Assembly (NCBI GenBank): GCA_036003885.1
Contig: DASYSA010000061.1
Location: 1 to 21,715 of the forward strand
Source of the DNA: Blastocatellia bacterium
GTDB taxonomy: Bacteria > Acidobacteriota > Blastocatellia > UBA7656
DNA length: 21,715 nt
Reading direction: 5' to 3'
Positions 8,031 through 17,267 of the stretch are shown piece after piece (position 1 is the first letter of the stretch; each line of letters starts with the position of its first letter). The notes below the pieces were generated by a model. It was not told the origin of the DNA. It searched no databases and was given only the letters and a program-made list of their open reading frames with translations. A program made the translations under genes and the position numbers.

Positions 8031-9356
8031 TTACCGTTCCGGGTTGCTTGTGGCGTTGCCGAACTTCGCCCTCATCAACTCGGCGGCCCGAGCCCGGGAG
8101 ACCGTGAGGTCTGCGTCGATGCGGTTGTTCTCACTCCTTATCTTCGCCAGATCGAGCAACTCGGCGATATCAGGGTTCTTGGCCCTCTGACCCAGTCGAA
8201 GAAAGAAGAACAGGCTGTTCAATTCGGTGGCCTTTCTCTTGGCCTCTTCGGCGCTCGGAGCGAAGCTCGTGATAGTCAGCCTCGCCGTGGTTTCGTTCAG
8301 ATCCAGGCGAATGGAGTTCGAGGATAAACTCGAGAGCGTTCCAAGGGCGTGCGATTCGCCGAGCGTCCACAGAACGTCGGCTGCCTTGTCATCAACGCTC
8401 TTCGAGCCGGACGACTTGAGGACCCTTATCCTGGACAGCGAACCATCCGGTTCTATCTTGAAGCCGAGCATCACCGAGAAGTGTGTGATGTCGACGTCGA
8501 GCCCGCCCGCCTGATAGAGAACATATATCTTCCCGACCACATCTTTGAGGGCCGTTTCGTTGAACTCCCCGAACGAAGTGCCCGTCTTGGCATCGGCTGC
8601 CTTCTTCTCTTCCGCGGCCTTGGCGTCGGCGATCTGCTTCTCCTTTTCAGCCTTCTCCTGTTCCGCCTTCTCCCGTGCAATCCTCTCTTGCTCTTCTTTC
8701 TCGCGTTGGCGGGCCAACTGCTCGGCTCGCTTGCGCGCCCGCTCTCTGATCTCGTCGAGGGTCATCGCATTGGTTGGGGTCGGCTGATGAATCATCCCCT
8801 TTGGGTAATAGAGCGGACCAACCATCGTCGGATCGAATGGGCGATAGGGTTTGCGAACCACGTTGATGCCCGCGAATGGAGAAATGATACCTATGTACAC
8901 GATGTAGAGAATCAGGAACGAATGGGCGAAGGCCGAAACGGCCAGCACCGGGCGAAACCGCCGCCGGCGCCTCACTACGATCGGTTCAGGAGTAAGGGCG
9001 CTGGCTACGAACGGGCTTCCAATGAATTGAGTCCACGATAGCGTTGACTGGTTCAAAGCGATCACGGTGGCCCAGTGGCCCTGCCGCGAATCGCTGATGA
9101 ATCTGAAAGGATGCCTGACTACCTGGGCAAGCGCGCCGCCAAGGTCCCGCGCCAGCCTCACCGCTACCCAGTTGGTCGAATTATCCAGCGAGAACGCCGC
9201 TCGAAGGTAAGAAGCGGGTCCGCTTGCAATCTCTTCCCGCACCTCGCCCATTGCGCTGACTAATCTCCCAGCCAGCGTGCTGTCGGGGAGCGATGAGAAA
9301 AGAACTTTGTCGCGCTCTGAAGCCATGATTCGACTTTCGTTCTGCGCCTGCCACAT
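8031..9356 (-). CDS. Hypothetical bitopic membrane protein, TolA/TonB-like (cytoplasmic N-domain, 1 TM, Glu/Lys/Ala-rich helical linker, TonB-C-like motif)
   Basis: 441-aa ORF; the start could be Met11 (MASERD, 9326) instead of 9356. One TM helix, FAHSFLILYIVYIGIISPFAGI. The linker REKEEQERIAREKAEQEKAEKEKQIADAKAAEEKKAADAK is TolA-domain-II-like. DGSLSRIRVLKSSGSKSVDDKAADVLWTL matches the TonB_C signature (G.v..v.v..SSG...lD.aA..av). It lies only 61 bp upstream of mutM and is likely co-transcribed. Confidence 0.5.
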   Translation of the reverse strand: MWQAQNESRIMASERDKVLFSSLPDSTLAGRLVSAMGEVREEIASGPASYLRAAFSLDNSTNWVAVRLARDLGGALAQVVRHPFRFISDSRQGHWATVIALNQSTLSWTQFIGSPFVASALTPEPIVVRRRRRFRPVLAVSAFAHSFLILYIVYIGIISPFAGINVVRKPYRPFDPTMVGPLYYPKGMIHQPTPTNAMTLDEIRERARKRAEQLARQREKEEQERIAREKAEQEKAEKEKQIADAKAAEEKKAADAKTGTSFGEFNETALKDVVGKIYVLYQAGGLDVDITHFSVMLGFKIEPDGSLSRIRVLKSSGSKSVDDKAADVLWTLGESHALGTLSSLSSNSIRLDLNETTARLTITSFAPSAEEAKRKATELNSLFFFLRLGQRAKNPDIAELLDLAKIRSENNRIDADLTVSRARAAELMRAKFGNATSNPER

Positions 9357-9452
9357 CGGCGCCGAGGAGTTTTCGCGGCCCGCCGCCGAAATCGTCTGAC
9401 TACTATTCTAAAGGTAGAGTACGCAGGCGCAAACTCTAAATGTGCAACATTC

Positions 9453-9660
9453 TGGGTACGCAGGCTTCCAGCCTGCTTTTTGGCGAATTTGCGCCCTCGC
9501 GGAGTCGGCTGATTCCTACCTTGCTCGCGAATTGCGCCCTTAGCCGGTAGCGCGTAACACGCGATTTGCGTCCTTAGTCAGTGGCGGCAGGCTTCCAGCG
9601 TGCTTCCTCGCGAATCGCACCCTTACCGGAGTCGGGCAGGCTGGAAGGCTGCGTACCCAG
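9453..9660. repeat. Compound intergenic repeat region: four 27-nt direct repeats plus three copies of a GCAGGC/GCCTGC mini-hairpin
   Basis: 27-nt units: U1 9482..9508 cgcgaatttgcgccctcgcggagtcgg; U2 9526..9552 cgcgaattgcgcccttagccggtagcg; U3 9560..9586 cgcgatttgcgtccttagtcagtggcg; U4 9609..9635 cgcgaatcgcacccttaccggagtcgg. Hairpin motif gcaggcttccagc[c/g]tgc at 9459..9475 and 9588..9604, and loop-flipped gcaggctggaaggctgc at 9637..9653. The outer 23-nt inverted repeat gggtacgcaggcttccagcctgc / gcaggctggaaggctgcgtaccc brackets the region. Confidence 0.85.
9459..9483 (+). terminator. Candidate intrinsic terminator or sRNA 3' end (GCAGGC-ttcca-GCCTGC followed by TTTTT)
   Basis: Perfect 6-bp GC stem with 5-nt loop followed by ttttt on the + strand. 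No annotated + strand gene lies upstream, so it may terminate an unannotated small transcript or act bidirectionally. Confidence 0.3.
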
Positions 9661-9661
9661 A

Positions 9662-10774
9662 CTATTCCTGCTCCGCAAACATTTTAAGCCAATCATCCAA
9701 CGGCGCTGGCGGGATGCGTGCGACCATCAGGTTCTCTTCCACGTGAGAGCGCTGGCTCATCCCAACGAGCGCTGTGGTCACTCCCGGCGTCGAGCGAACA
9801 AACTGGATGGCACGTTGAGCATCAGTGTTCAGCCCGGTCAGAGCCGCGCCTATAAACGGCGGCAGGTTCTGAGTAAGCTTTGCCTGAAGTATCGACGCGC
9901 TGCACATCACCGTGATTCCGAGCCGGCCGGCAGCCTCGATCGCTGCGAGCGGCTCGCCGTTGACCGTTTGATTGGGAGTCGTCAGCGCTTCCGGCATTCC
10001 AAGATTGAAGGGCAACTGGATGACTCTGAAGTGGTGGTCCTCGCCCCCCACGTCTCGCGCGACCTCGACGAACTCGGCGAGCGATAGATAGTCGCGCGAG
10101 TCCGGCGACTGCCGATAGCCGTTCCAGGTCGCCGTGCCATATACGCCAATCCGACCGTCCCTGACGGCACTCTCGAGAAACTCGAAGGCCGCGTGTACGC
10201 GAATGAGAAACTCCTCGCGGCTCAGGCCCTCAAGTTGGGTCTCCGGGTTGTGGATGTAATAGATGTCTATCGTGTCAAGGCCGAGATTCTGAAGACTGTG
10301 ACCGAGTTGATTATCGAGGTAGCTCGGCGACATGCAGTGACTGTCAACGAGATCTTCCGGCCTGGCGGCTCCGGTGTCGAATATGTTCTCCTTCAACCAC
10401 CCGCGCGGATCACGTGGCGGCTCACCGTCGAATGGGAAGAAGCCGCCTTTCGTGGCCACAACGACTTCATCTCGCGCAGCTTTTCCGGACTCGAAGAGTT
10501 GTTTGAGCGCTGCCCCTATTGCTCGCTCGCTACGCTGGAAGCGATAGTTGATCGCGGAATCGATTACATTGCACCCAAGTTCGATCGCACGCCTGACAGA
10601 TTCCTGATACATCCTGTCTGTGCGCTCATCCCAATGGCCGAGATAAGTCCCAAGTCCGATGGTCGACATACAAAGCCCTTGATGCAAACGGAAATGCTCG
10701 GGAGCTGTGCCGGGGCCGAGCCGTGCGACATATCTCCGAGTCCCTTCCGAAGTCGCACCGTTGGGTTTGCTCAT
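9662..10774 (-). CDS. Aldo/keto reductase family oxidoreductase
   Basis: 370-aa ORF with SD AGGAG 9 nt upstream. AKR signatures: STIGLGTY, NVIDSAINY, LQNLGLDTIDIYYIHNP, ATKGG, IPGTST-like C-terminal region. Confidence 0.85.
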   Translation of the reverse strand: MSKPNGATSEGTRRYVARLGPGTAPEHFRLHQGLCMSTIGLGTYLGHWDERTDRMYQESVRRAIELGCNVIDSAINYRFQRSERAIGAALKQLFESGKAARDEVVVATKGGFFPFDGEPPRDPRGWLKENIFDTGAARPEDLVDSHCMSPSYLDNQLGHSLQNLGLDTIDIYYIHNPETQLEGLSREEFLIRVHAAFEFLESAVRDGRIGVYGTATWNGYRQSPDSRDYLSLAEFVEVARDVGGEDHHFRVIQLPFNLGMPEALTTPNQTVNGEPLAAIEAAGRLGITVMCSASILQAKLTQNLPPFIGAALTGLNTDAQRAIQFVRSTPGVTTALVGMSQRSHVEENLMVARIPPAPLDDWLKMFAEQE

Positions 10775-10818
10775 TCAAAGACTCCTCTCGTGTTTACCGG
10801 GCGAGATTGTATCACAGC

Positions 10819-10941
10819 GTGATGCGTGAGGAGTGATTCGTGATGCGTGAGGCGTTTTACGTTTTGCGTTTTACGTTTTAGGTTTTGCGTTCAATAACCA
10901 CGAAACGCAAACCTAAAACGTAAAACCTAAAACGCATCACG
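10819..10941. repeat. Heptamer-built hairpin H2 ((cgtttta/cgttttg/ggtttt)n vs (aaaacg/aaaacc)n, flanked by gtgatgcgtgagg x2)
   Basis: gtgatgcgtgagg at 10819 and 10840. Left arm cgttttacgttttgcgttttacgttttaggttttgcg. Loop ttcaataaccac. Right arm gaaacgcaaacctaaaacgtaaaacctaaaacgcatcacg. The right arm encodes the last residues (…IRDAF*) of the NUDIX gene. Confidence 0.9.
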
Positions 10942-11373
10942 TATCATTTCCTTCGCTTTCTCGATGATCTTCTTCTCGCCATCGAACGCCAACATCTTAA
11001 TGGCCGCCCCGATCTCGACCCAGCGAGCCTCGTTCACCTCGGAGTCGTGGTCCCGTACGTCGCCCGAACGATACTCGAGCAGGTAGAAATGAACGAATTT
11101 GTGGATGCGGGCAGGCTCAGACCGATGTTTGTCGAAGTACCAGTATTCAATCTTATCTATCCGTCCGGCAGGCCTCGTCTCGACGCCGGCCTCTTCTCGT
11201 ACTTCACGCACGGCTGCGGCTTCAGTGGATTCGCCCTTATCGACCAGCCCCTTCGGGAGTTGCCAGCGCCCCACTTCCCCAACAGAGATCAGCGCGACCT
11301 CCACGACATCGTTCCGCCTGCGGAACGCAACGCCTCCCGCGGAGATCTCCAGTCTGGTTGGTAGTTTGGACAT
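10927..11373 (-). CDS. NUDIX hydrolase
   Basis: 148-aa ORF. The Nudix box GESTEAAAVREVREEAGV matches Gx5Ex7REUxEExGU. Confidence 0.88.
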   Translation of the reverse strand: MSKLPTRLEISAGGVAFRRRNDVVEVALISVGEVGRWQLPKGLVDKGESTEAAAVREVREEAGVETRPAGRIDKIEYWYFDKHRSEPARIHKFVHFYLLEYRSGDVRDHDSEVNEARWVEIGAAIKMLAFDGEKKIIEKAKEMIRDAF

Positions 11374-11458
11374 GGGAAATTCGAAATGCGAAATGCGAAT
11401 TTAGAAACGGGATTGGAAATTCGAATTTCCCATTTCGCATTTCGAATTTCGCATTTCC
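11374..11458. repeat. Heptamer-built hairpin H3 ((cgaaatg/cgaaatt)n vs (gcatttc/gaatttc)n; same vocabulary as H7)
   Basis: gggaaattcgaaatgcgaaatgcgaattt ... central palindrome ggaaattcgaatttcc ... atttcgcatttcgaatttcgcatttccc. It exactly fills the purL-stop to NUDIX-start gap. Confidence 0.9.
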
Positions 11459-11462
11459 CTAT

Positions 11463-13727
11463 TCACTGCGTGCTGCTTACTGCGACTGCCAGCGCGTTGC
11501 GCCAGGCTTCCTCTAGCTGAGCCACAGCTCGATCCACGACAGGCTCGCCGTTGACTCTGAGCAACAGCCGCTCGCCCCCCGTTCGCCCGATCACCGTCGC
11601 CGAAACTTTAAGCTCGCGAGCGAGATTCAGAATCTGATCGACACTATCATCCGCCGCCGACAGCACAATCCTGGACGGCGTCTCTGAAAACATCAGAGCT
11701 GCCTGTGACAGTTCGCCTTCGAGATTGACTTCGCATCCAACCACGTCGTGGCGATAGCTGGAGAAGGCGCACTCGGCCAATGTCACCGCGAGGCCCCCAT
11801 CCGAACAATCGTGAGCCGACTCCGCCAGCCCGGCCTGAATGATCTTCAGGCAGGCCTCCTGCACGCGATGTTCGAGATCCAGATCGAGCCGGGGTGGAAA
11901 CGCCTCGACAGTGCCGCCGGTCACAAGCGCATACTCAGTTGCGCCAAGATCATCTTCCGTCGCGCCCAGAAGGACTATGGCGCAGTCATCTCGCTTGAAC
12001 CATTGCGTCGTAACGTGCGGGAGGTCCTCGACAATGCCGACCATACCGATGACCGGGGTTGGGTTGATGCCGCGGCCGTCGGTCTCGTTATAGAAAGAGA
12101 CATTGCCGCCCGTTACCGGCGTTCCGAACGCCCTGCAGGCCTCGGACATTCCCGCAATCGTCTCGCTGAACTGCCACATCACTTCGGGCCGTTCAGGCGA
12201 ACCGAAGTTCAGACAGTTGGTGAGCGCCAGAGGCCGCGCGCCGCTCGCAACAAGGTTGCGGCAGGCCTCCGCTACCACAAGCTTCGCGCCGGCTCGCGGG
12301 TCAGCCTGACAGTACCGCGCATTCGAGTCGAGCGTCATTGCAAGCGCGCGCCTCGTCTCCTTGATTCGAATGACCGCGGCGTCCGAGCCAGGCAGCGTGA
12401 CCGTGTTGGTCCGCACCATGTGATCATATTGCCTGTAGACCCATTCCTTGGACGCAACCGTAGGGCTCGCGATCAGTCGCATAAATGTGGCGTCCAGCTC
12501 CTCAACCGATCGTTCCTTTTGGCTGACCTCAGCCGGCGTGGTTGAACTGGGCCTGCCAATCGGCCGGTCATAAAGAGGGGCCGACTCTGTGAGCGCCATG
12601 TTGGGGATGTCTGCAAACAGCCGGCCGCTTTTCTTCACTCGCAGGTGGCCATCGTTGGTCACCCGGCCGATCACAACGGCGTCGAGTTCCCACTTCTTAA
12701 AAATCTCCAGCACCTGGCGCTCGCGCCCCGCGTCAGCCACTATCAGCATCCGCTCCTGCGATTCTGAGAGCATTATCTCGTAGGGCGTCATCCCTGTTTC
12801 GCGTTGCGGCACCAGTTCGATGTCGATCTCGATCCCGTTGCCGGCCCGCGCACCCATCTCCGATGAAGAGCTTGTGAGTCCCGCAGCCCCCATGTCCTGA
12901 ATGCCGACGATCGCGCCCGCTCGCATCGCTTCGAGGCAGGCCTCCAGCAACAGCTTCTCAAGGAAGGGGTCGCCCACCTGAACCGTCGGGCGTTTCGAGC
13001 CGGATTCGTCGCCAAATTCTTCCGAAGCCATCGTCGCGCCGTGTATGCCATCACGGCCCGTCTTCGCACCCACGTAGATCACGGGATTGCCAACGCCCGA
13101 GGCCCGGCCGTAGAAGATCTGATCCTGACGCACAATGCCCAGCGTGAAGGCATTCACAAGGGGGTTGCGCGAGTAGCAGCCGGCAAACCGCACTTCACCG
13201 CCAATCGTGGGAACGCCAAAGGCGTTGCCATAGTCGCCTATTCCCTTCACCACCCCAGCCATGATCGATCGATTCCGCGCGGCTACGGCTCTCTCTTCTT
13301 TGGTCGCCCCTTCGCCCGCGGTTAGCGGGCCGAAGTGAAGCGAGTTCATCGCCGCGACGGGCCGGGCGCCCATTGTGAAGACATCGCGCAGGATCCCGCC
13401 CACGCCTGTTGCGGCGCCCTGATAAGGCTCTATGAACGACGGATGGTTGTGCGATTCGATCTTGAACGCGGCCGCCAGACCGCCTCCGATGTCGACTACG
13501 CCGGCGTTTTCGCCGGGCCCTTGCAACACGCAGTCGCCTCGAGTCGGAAGCTTCCGGAGGTGGACCCTCGACGATTTGTACGAGCAGTGCTCAGACCACA
13601 TCACCGAGAAGATGCCGAGCTCGGTGAAGGTCGGTTCGCGTCCGAGTAATTCGATCACTCGATTGTATTCCTGGTCGGTGAGTCCGTGGCTTCGAATCAG
13701 TTGGGGAGTAATTACAGGTTCATCCAT
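11463..13727 (-). CDS. purL: Phosphoribosylformylglycinamidine synthase subunit PurL (FGAM synthase II)
   Basis: 754-aa ORF. The N-terminus [53 protein letters not shown] is the canonical small PurL. AIR-synthase-related domains are duplicated. Confidence 0.95.
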   Translation of the reverse strand: MDEPVITPQLIRSHGLTDQEYNRVIELLGREPTFTELGIFSVMWSEHCSYKSSRVHLRKLPTRGDCVLQGPGENAGVVDIGGGLAAAFKIESHNHPSFIEPYQGAATGVGGILRDVFTMGARPVAAMNSLHFGPLTAGEGATKEERAVAARNRSIMAGVVKGIGDYGNAFGVPTIGGEVRFAGCYSRNPLVNAFTLGIVRQDQIFYGRASGVGNPVIYVGAKTGRDGIHGATMASEEFGDESGSKRPTVQVGDPFLEKLLLEACLEAMRAGAIVGIQDMGAAGLTSSSSEMGARAGNGIEIDIELVPQRETGMTPYEIMLSESQERMLIVADAGRERQVLEIFKKWELDAVVIGRVTNDGHLRVKKSGRLFADIPNMALTESAPLYDRPIGRPSSTTPAEVSQKERSVEELDATFMRLIASPTVASKEWVYRQYDHMVRTNTVTLPGSDAAVIRIKETRRALAMTLDSNARYCQADPRAGAKLVVAEACRNLVASGARPLALTNCLNFGSPERPEVMWQFSETIAGMSEACRAFGTPVTGGNVSFYNETDGRGINPTPVIGMVGIVEDLPHVTTQWFKRDDCAIVLLGATEDDLGATEYALVTGGTVEAFPPRLDLDLEHRVQEACLKIIQAGLAESAHDCSDGGLAVTLAECAFSSYRHDVVGCEVNLEGELSQAALMFSETPSRIVLSAADDSVDQILNLARELKVSATVIGRTGGERLLLRVNGEPVVDRAVAQLEEAWRNALAVAVSSTQ

Positions 13728-13805
13728 GTGGGTGCCTTGTTCGCTGACGTGACGGCGAGATTGACGGAAATGCTAACCGGAGCGGCGAAAGTAATCAAGC
13801 GGCGA

Positions 13806-13869
13806 CGAGGTCAGAGGTCAGATGTCCGACATCAGAGGTCAGTCTGGCCTCTGACTTCTGACCTCTGAC
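13806..13869. repeat. Heptamer-built hairpin H4 ((tcagagg/tcagatg)n vs (cctctga/cttctga)n)
   Basis: gaggtcagaggtcagatgtccgacatcagaggtcagtctggcctctgacttctgacctctgac. It ends immediately before the purQ stop codon (13870..13872). Confidence 0.88.
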
Positions 13870-14577
13870 TCAGGAGGCCTTGGCAAGTTCGGCGAGCGTG
13901 TTGGCGAGTGAACAAAAGACGATTCGCCCGTCGGCGCTGCCGAGGAGATCCTCGCTGGCCCGTTCCGGATGCGGCATCATCCCAAGCACGTTGCGCTCGC
14001 GATTGCAGATGCCCGCGATACTGTCGAGCGAGCCGTTAGGATTAGCTTCGCGGGAGAGGGAGCCGTTCGCATCCGAGTAACGGAAGATAATCCGATTCTC
14101 GCGTTGAAGCTCGGCCAGGGTCCCCGCGTCGCAATAGTAGTTCCCGTCTCCGTGCGCGATCGGCGTGGACAACACCTGGCCGCGCTGACAGCGGGAGGTG
14201 AACGGGGTGTCGGTGGATTCAACTCGAATGTTGACGTGGCCGCAGATGAACTTCAGATTCGCGTTTCGCAACAGGGCCCCCGGCAGCAGGCCGGCCTCGC
14301 ACAAAATCTGAAAGCCGTTGCATATACCGAGTACGATGCCGCCGCGCGCAGCGAACTCCTTCACCGCTCCCATCACTGGACTAAAGCGCGCAATAGCGCC
14401 CGTCCTCAGATAGTCGCCATAAGAGAAGCCGCCCGGAAGCACGATTGCGTCCGAGTCGCCCACTGAGTTTTGCCGGTGCCAGATGAAGTCGACCGGTTGT
14501 CCGATCACCTTGCTGATTACGTGGTAGGTGTCGTGGTCACAGTTGGACCCCGGAAACACTACAACTCCGAATTTCAT
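13870..14577 (-). CDS. purQ: Phosphoribosylformylglycinamidine synthase subunit PurQ (glutaminase)
   Basis: 235-aa ORF starting [21 protein letters not shown]. Has the GICNGFQ catalytic Cys motif and a C-terminal HPE. Confidence 0.95.
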   Translation of the reverse strand: MKFGVVVFPGSNCDHDTYHVISKVIGQPVDFIWHRQNSVGDSDAIVLPGGFSYGDYLRTGAIARFSPVMGAVKEFAARGGIVLGICNGFQILCEAGLLPGALLRNANLKFICGHVNIRVESTDTPFTSRCQRGQVLSTPIAHGDGNYYCDAGTLAELQRENRIIFRYSDANGSLSREANPNGSLDSIAGICNRERNVLGMMPHPERASEDLLGSADGRIVFCSLANTLAELAKAS

Positions 14578-14647
14578 GTCCGTCTCCGATCCTTCGTAAT
14601 CCGAATTCGGGGTCTCGTCGCTCGGGCCTTAGGTAAGCGGCATTATC

Positions 14648-14905
14648 TCACGGTTCGCGTTCGGAATCTAGCTCCACGCGATAGTTTTCTATTACCGGAT
14701 TTGAGAGCACGTCTTTGGCCATTCGCTCCACCTCGGCGCGAGCCTCGTCTGCCGGCATGCCCGAGTCTAAACTGATTTCGAAGAACTTGCCCTGTCGCAC
14801 ATCTTCTATGCCGCGGTAGCCGATGCTCTCAACGGCGTGATGGATCGCTTTGCCCTGAGGATCAAGCACGGATGGTTTCAGCGTCACGTAGATTCTTGCT
14901 TTCAT
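14648..14905 (-). CDS. purS: Phosphoribosylformylglycinamidine synthase subunit PurS
   Basis: The ORF-track start (14974) lies inside hairpin H5. Homology begins at MKARIYVTLKPSVLDPQGKAIHHAVESIGY...VRQGKFFEI, so the start is placed at Met 14905 (86 aa). Confidence 0.85.
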   Translation of the reverse strand: MKARIYVTLKPSVLDPQGKAIHHAVESIGYRGIEDVRQGKFFEISLDSGMPADEARAEVERMAKDVLSNPVIENYRVELDSEREP

Positions 14906-14992
14906 TTGTCGGTGGTCCGTTGTCAGTGGTCCGTTGTCAGTTGTCAGTCGCACCGGCCGACAGGCAACGGACAACTGACCGCGGACAACGGA
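14906..14992. repeat. Heptamer-built hairpin H5 ((ggtccgt/tgtcagt)n vs (acggac/aactgac)n)
   Basis: ttgtcggtggtccgttgtcagtggtccgttgtcagttgtcagtcg | caccggcc | gacaggcaacggacaactgaccgcggacaacggac. It fills the purB-stop to purS-start gap exactly. Confidence 0.9.
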
Positions 14993-16288
14993 CTAATCTC
15001 CAAATACCCTCTTGAATACCTTATCGACGTTGCGGAGTTGATGCTCCACATCGAACAGCGCTTCGAGTTCCTCTTTCGTGAGCTTCTCGGTTATCTTCGG
15101 GTCATTCATCACCAGTTCCCGAAAGTTCGCGCCTTCATCCCACACTCGCATTGCAAGAGGCTGGACAATAGCATAGGCCTCCTCGCGAGTCATACCCTTG
15201 TGCGTCAGCTCCAGCAACAACTGGCCGCTGGAAGTCACTCCGCCAAGCGAGTTGAAATTGTCGCGCATGCGGCGCGGATAGACCGCCAGCCCATCGATCA
15301 GCCACTCGGTGCGATTGACCAGATAGTCCACCAGAATGCACGAATCCGGCAGAATCACCCGCTCGACCGATGAGTGCGAAATGTCACGCTCGTGCCAGAG
15401 AGCAATGTTCTCGAGCGACGCCTGGGCGTTTGCCCGGACGATTCGGGCCAGTCCGCATATCTGTTCCGATGTGACCGGATTGCGCTTATGCGGCATCGCC
15501 GAAGATCCCTTCTGTCCGGCCGAAAAGGGCTCCTCGACTTCGCGAACTTCGGTGCGTTGAAGGTGACGCACCTCGAGCGCGATCTTCTCCATCGACGAAG
15601 CGATGATCGCCAGCGTGGTAAGGAACTCAGCGTAGCGGTCCCGTTGAACTATCTGTGTCGAAATCGGCGCGTGCTTCAGTGCGAGCTTCTCGCAAACGCG
15701 CTCTTCGACTTCCGGATCGAGGTGCGCAAACGTGCCGACCGCCCCCGATAGCTTGCCGTAACTCACGACCTCTCGAGCCCGTCGCATCCTCTCTTTGTTG
15801 CGCTCATTGTCGGCGTAGTAGAGCGCCAGCACCAGCCCGAACGTCGTCGGCTCGGCATGCACGCCGTGAGTACGTCCAACCATCTGAGCGTCCTTGAACT
15901 CGGCCGCCCGGCGGCGGAGGACGATACCGAGCCGGTCGAGATCTTCGAGAATGAGATCGGCAGCGTCCCTGAGAACGAGTGCGTTCGCGGTGTCGACTAC
16001 ATCCGACGAGGTCAGGCCATAGTGAACGTAGCGCGAATCGGGACCGATATTTTCCGCAAGCGCAGTCGTAAAGGCAATCACATCGTGGCGAGTGGTGCGT
16101 TCGATTTCGCGAATGCGATCTACCGAGAAGCGCGCGGTCCTCTTTATGTGATCCGCGGCCTCGCGAGGTATAGTGCCCATGTCGGCGTGAACATCACAGA
16201 CCGCGATCTCGACGTCGAGCCATTTTTGAAATACGTTCTCTTCCGCCCATATCGCGCCCATCTCGGGCAAGGTGTACCGTGTAATCAT
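14993..16288 (-). CDS. purB: Adenylosuccinate lyase
   Basis: 431-aa ORF starting MITRYTLPEMGAIWAEENVFQKWLDVEIA. Has the fumarate-lyase signature GSSAMPHKRNP. Confidence 0.95.
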   Translation of the reverse strand: MITRYTLPEMGAIWAEENVFQKWLDVEIAVCDVHADMGTIPREAADHIKRTARFSVDRIREIERTTRHDVIAFTTALAENIGPDSRYVHYGLTSSDVVDTANALVLRDAADLILEDLDRLGIVLRRRAAEFKDAQMVGRTHGVHAEPTTFGLVLALYYADNERNKERMRRAREVVSYGKLSGAVGTFAHLDPEVEERVCEKLALKHAPISTQIVQRDRYAEFLTTLAIIASSMEKIALEVRHLQRTEVREVEEPFSAGQKGSSAMPHKRNPVTSEQICGLARIVRANAQASLENIALWHERDISHSSVERVILPDSCILVDYLVNRTEWLIDGLAVYPRRMRDNFNSLGGVTSSGQLLLELTHKGMTREEAYAIVQPLAMRVWDEGANFRELVMNDPKITEKLTKEELEALFDVEHQLRNVDKVFKRVFGD

Positions 16289-16331
16289 CTCTCGTTTTCA
16301 GCTCTCGGGTTGCAGGAATCTTTCCAGGAGT

Positions 16332-17126
16332 TCAAAACTCGAACCACTCGCTCACCCGGTCGTGTCGGGCAATCTTCACTCTGCGTTCCGCGTTAGGATA
16401 GAACAGCGTCCCGTGCTTATCCAACGCCTGAAGCGCGGCCAGTCGCGCAAGCTCGGGATGATTGGCATGCCGTGACAGGTGAACGAGCACCAGATACTCG
16501 GCCTGTCCATCAAAGTCCTGGCGTATCCACCTGGCAGTCTCGTCGTTCGCCAGATGGCCAAGGTTGCTCGCAATGCGCTGCTTGACCGACCAGGGATAGC
16601 GGCCCACCTTCAACATGTCGCGGTCGTGGTTCGATTCGATGAGGATCAGATTACAGCCCCTGAGCCGCTCGGCGACCAATTGAGTGATGTAGCCGAGGTC
16701 AGTTACGATGGCCGCCTTGACGCCGTTCGATTGAACCGTGAGCGCAAACGTGTCCACTCCGTCGTGTGGGATCGTGAAGGGATGAAAGTCGAGTTCGCCG
16801 ACCTGGAATGACCGGCTGGATGTGATCGCCTCGCCCCAACACATGTCGGCGCCCTTGCCGCCGAGCTTGCACACGGCGCGAGTCGCGTCCGAGATGAACA
16901 CTCGCACGCCCGCCGTCTTCGACATAACCGGAACGCCTTTGAAATGGTCGCTGTGCTCGTGAGTCACGATGATGGCATCGAGTTGCGAGGGGTCGAGGCC
17001 GACCTCCACCATGCGGCGAGCGGTCTCCTTGGCCGATAGACCAACGTCCACCAGCACGCTCGTTGCGCCCGACTCGATATAGACCGAGTTGCCCGAGCTT
17101 CCGCTACCTAAGATGATCAGTCTCAT
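16332..17126 (-). CDS. MBL-fold metallo-hydrolase (YycJ/WalJ-like)
   Basis: 264-aa ORF starting MRLIILGSGSSGNS. Metallo-beta-lactamase motif THEHSDH, with downstream His/Asp ligands. Confidence 0.85.
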   Translation of the reverse strand: MRLIILGSGSSGNSVYIESGATSVLVDVGLSAKETARRMVEVGLDPSQLDAIIVTHEHSDHFKGVPVMSKTAGVRVFISDATRAVCKLGGKGADMCWGEAITSSRSFQVGELDFHPFTIPHDGVDTFALTVQSNGVKAAIVTDLGYITQLVAERLRGCNLILIESNHDRDMLKVGRYPWSVKQRIASNLGHLANDETARWIRQDFDGQAEYLVLVHLSRHANHPELARLAALQALDKHGTLFYPNAERRVKIARHDRVSEWFEF

Positions 17127-17130
17127 TTGC

Positions 17131-17267
17131 GTTGGTCACTTGTCATTTGTCATTGGTCATTGGTCATTTCTCACTGGTCATTCGCCGTCGGGGCCATTCC
17201 TCAAAGCCAACCGCCGTGGCGAGTGCCAATAACAAATGACAAGTGACAAATGACAAGTGACAAATGA
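17131..17267. repeat. Heptamer-built hairpin H6, longest (~137 bp; (gtcattt/gtcactt/ggtcatt)n vs (aaatgac/aagtgac)n)
   Basis: Left arm ttggtcacttgtcatttgtcattggtcattggtcatttctcactggtcattcgcc. Central part gtcggggccattcctcaaagccaaccgccgtggcgag. Right arm tgccaataacaaatgacaagtgacaaatgacaagtgacaaatgacta. It spans the M16-stop to MBL-start gap. Confidence 0.9.

Noticed and set aside
9482-9635. Possible CRISPR array (four 27-nt direct repeats)
   Set aside because: Spacers are 7-22 nt and irregular, repeats are degenerate, and no cas genes or leader are nearby. This is not CRISPR.
9581-10087. 168-aa + strand ORF starting in the repeat region and running antisense into the AKR gene
   Set aside because: It starts inside the 27-nt repeat array and is antisense to the well-supported aldo/keto reductase. 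Low-complexity Arg-rich composition.
11748-12545. 265-aa + strand ORF inside purL
   Set aside because: Antisense to the strongly supported purL CDS. Arg-rich composition with no recognisable motifs.
14648-14974. ORF-track start of purS at 14974 (MSVACRPVRLTTDNGPLTTDHRQ...)
   Set aside because: The 23-codon N-terminal extension is encoded by hairpin H5 heptamer repeats and has no PurS homology. The start was moved to Met at 14905.
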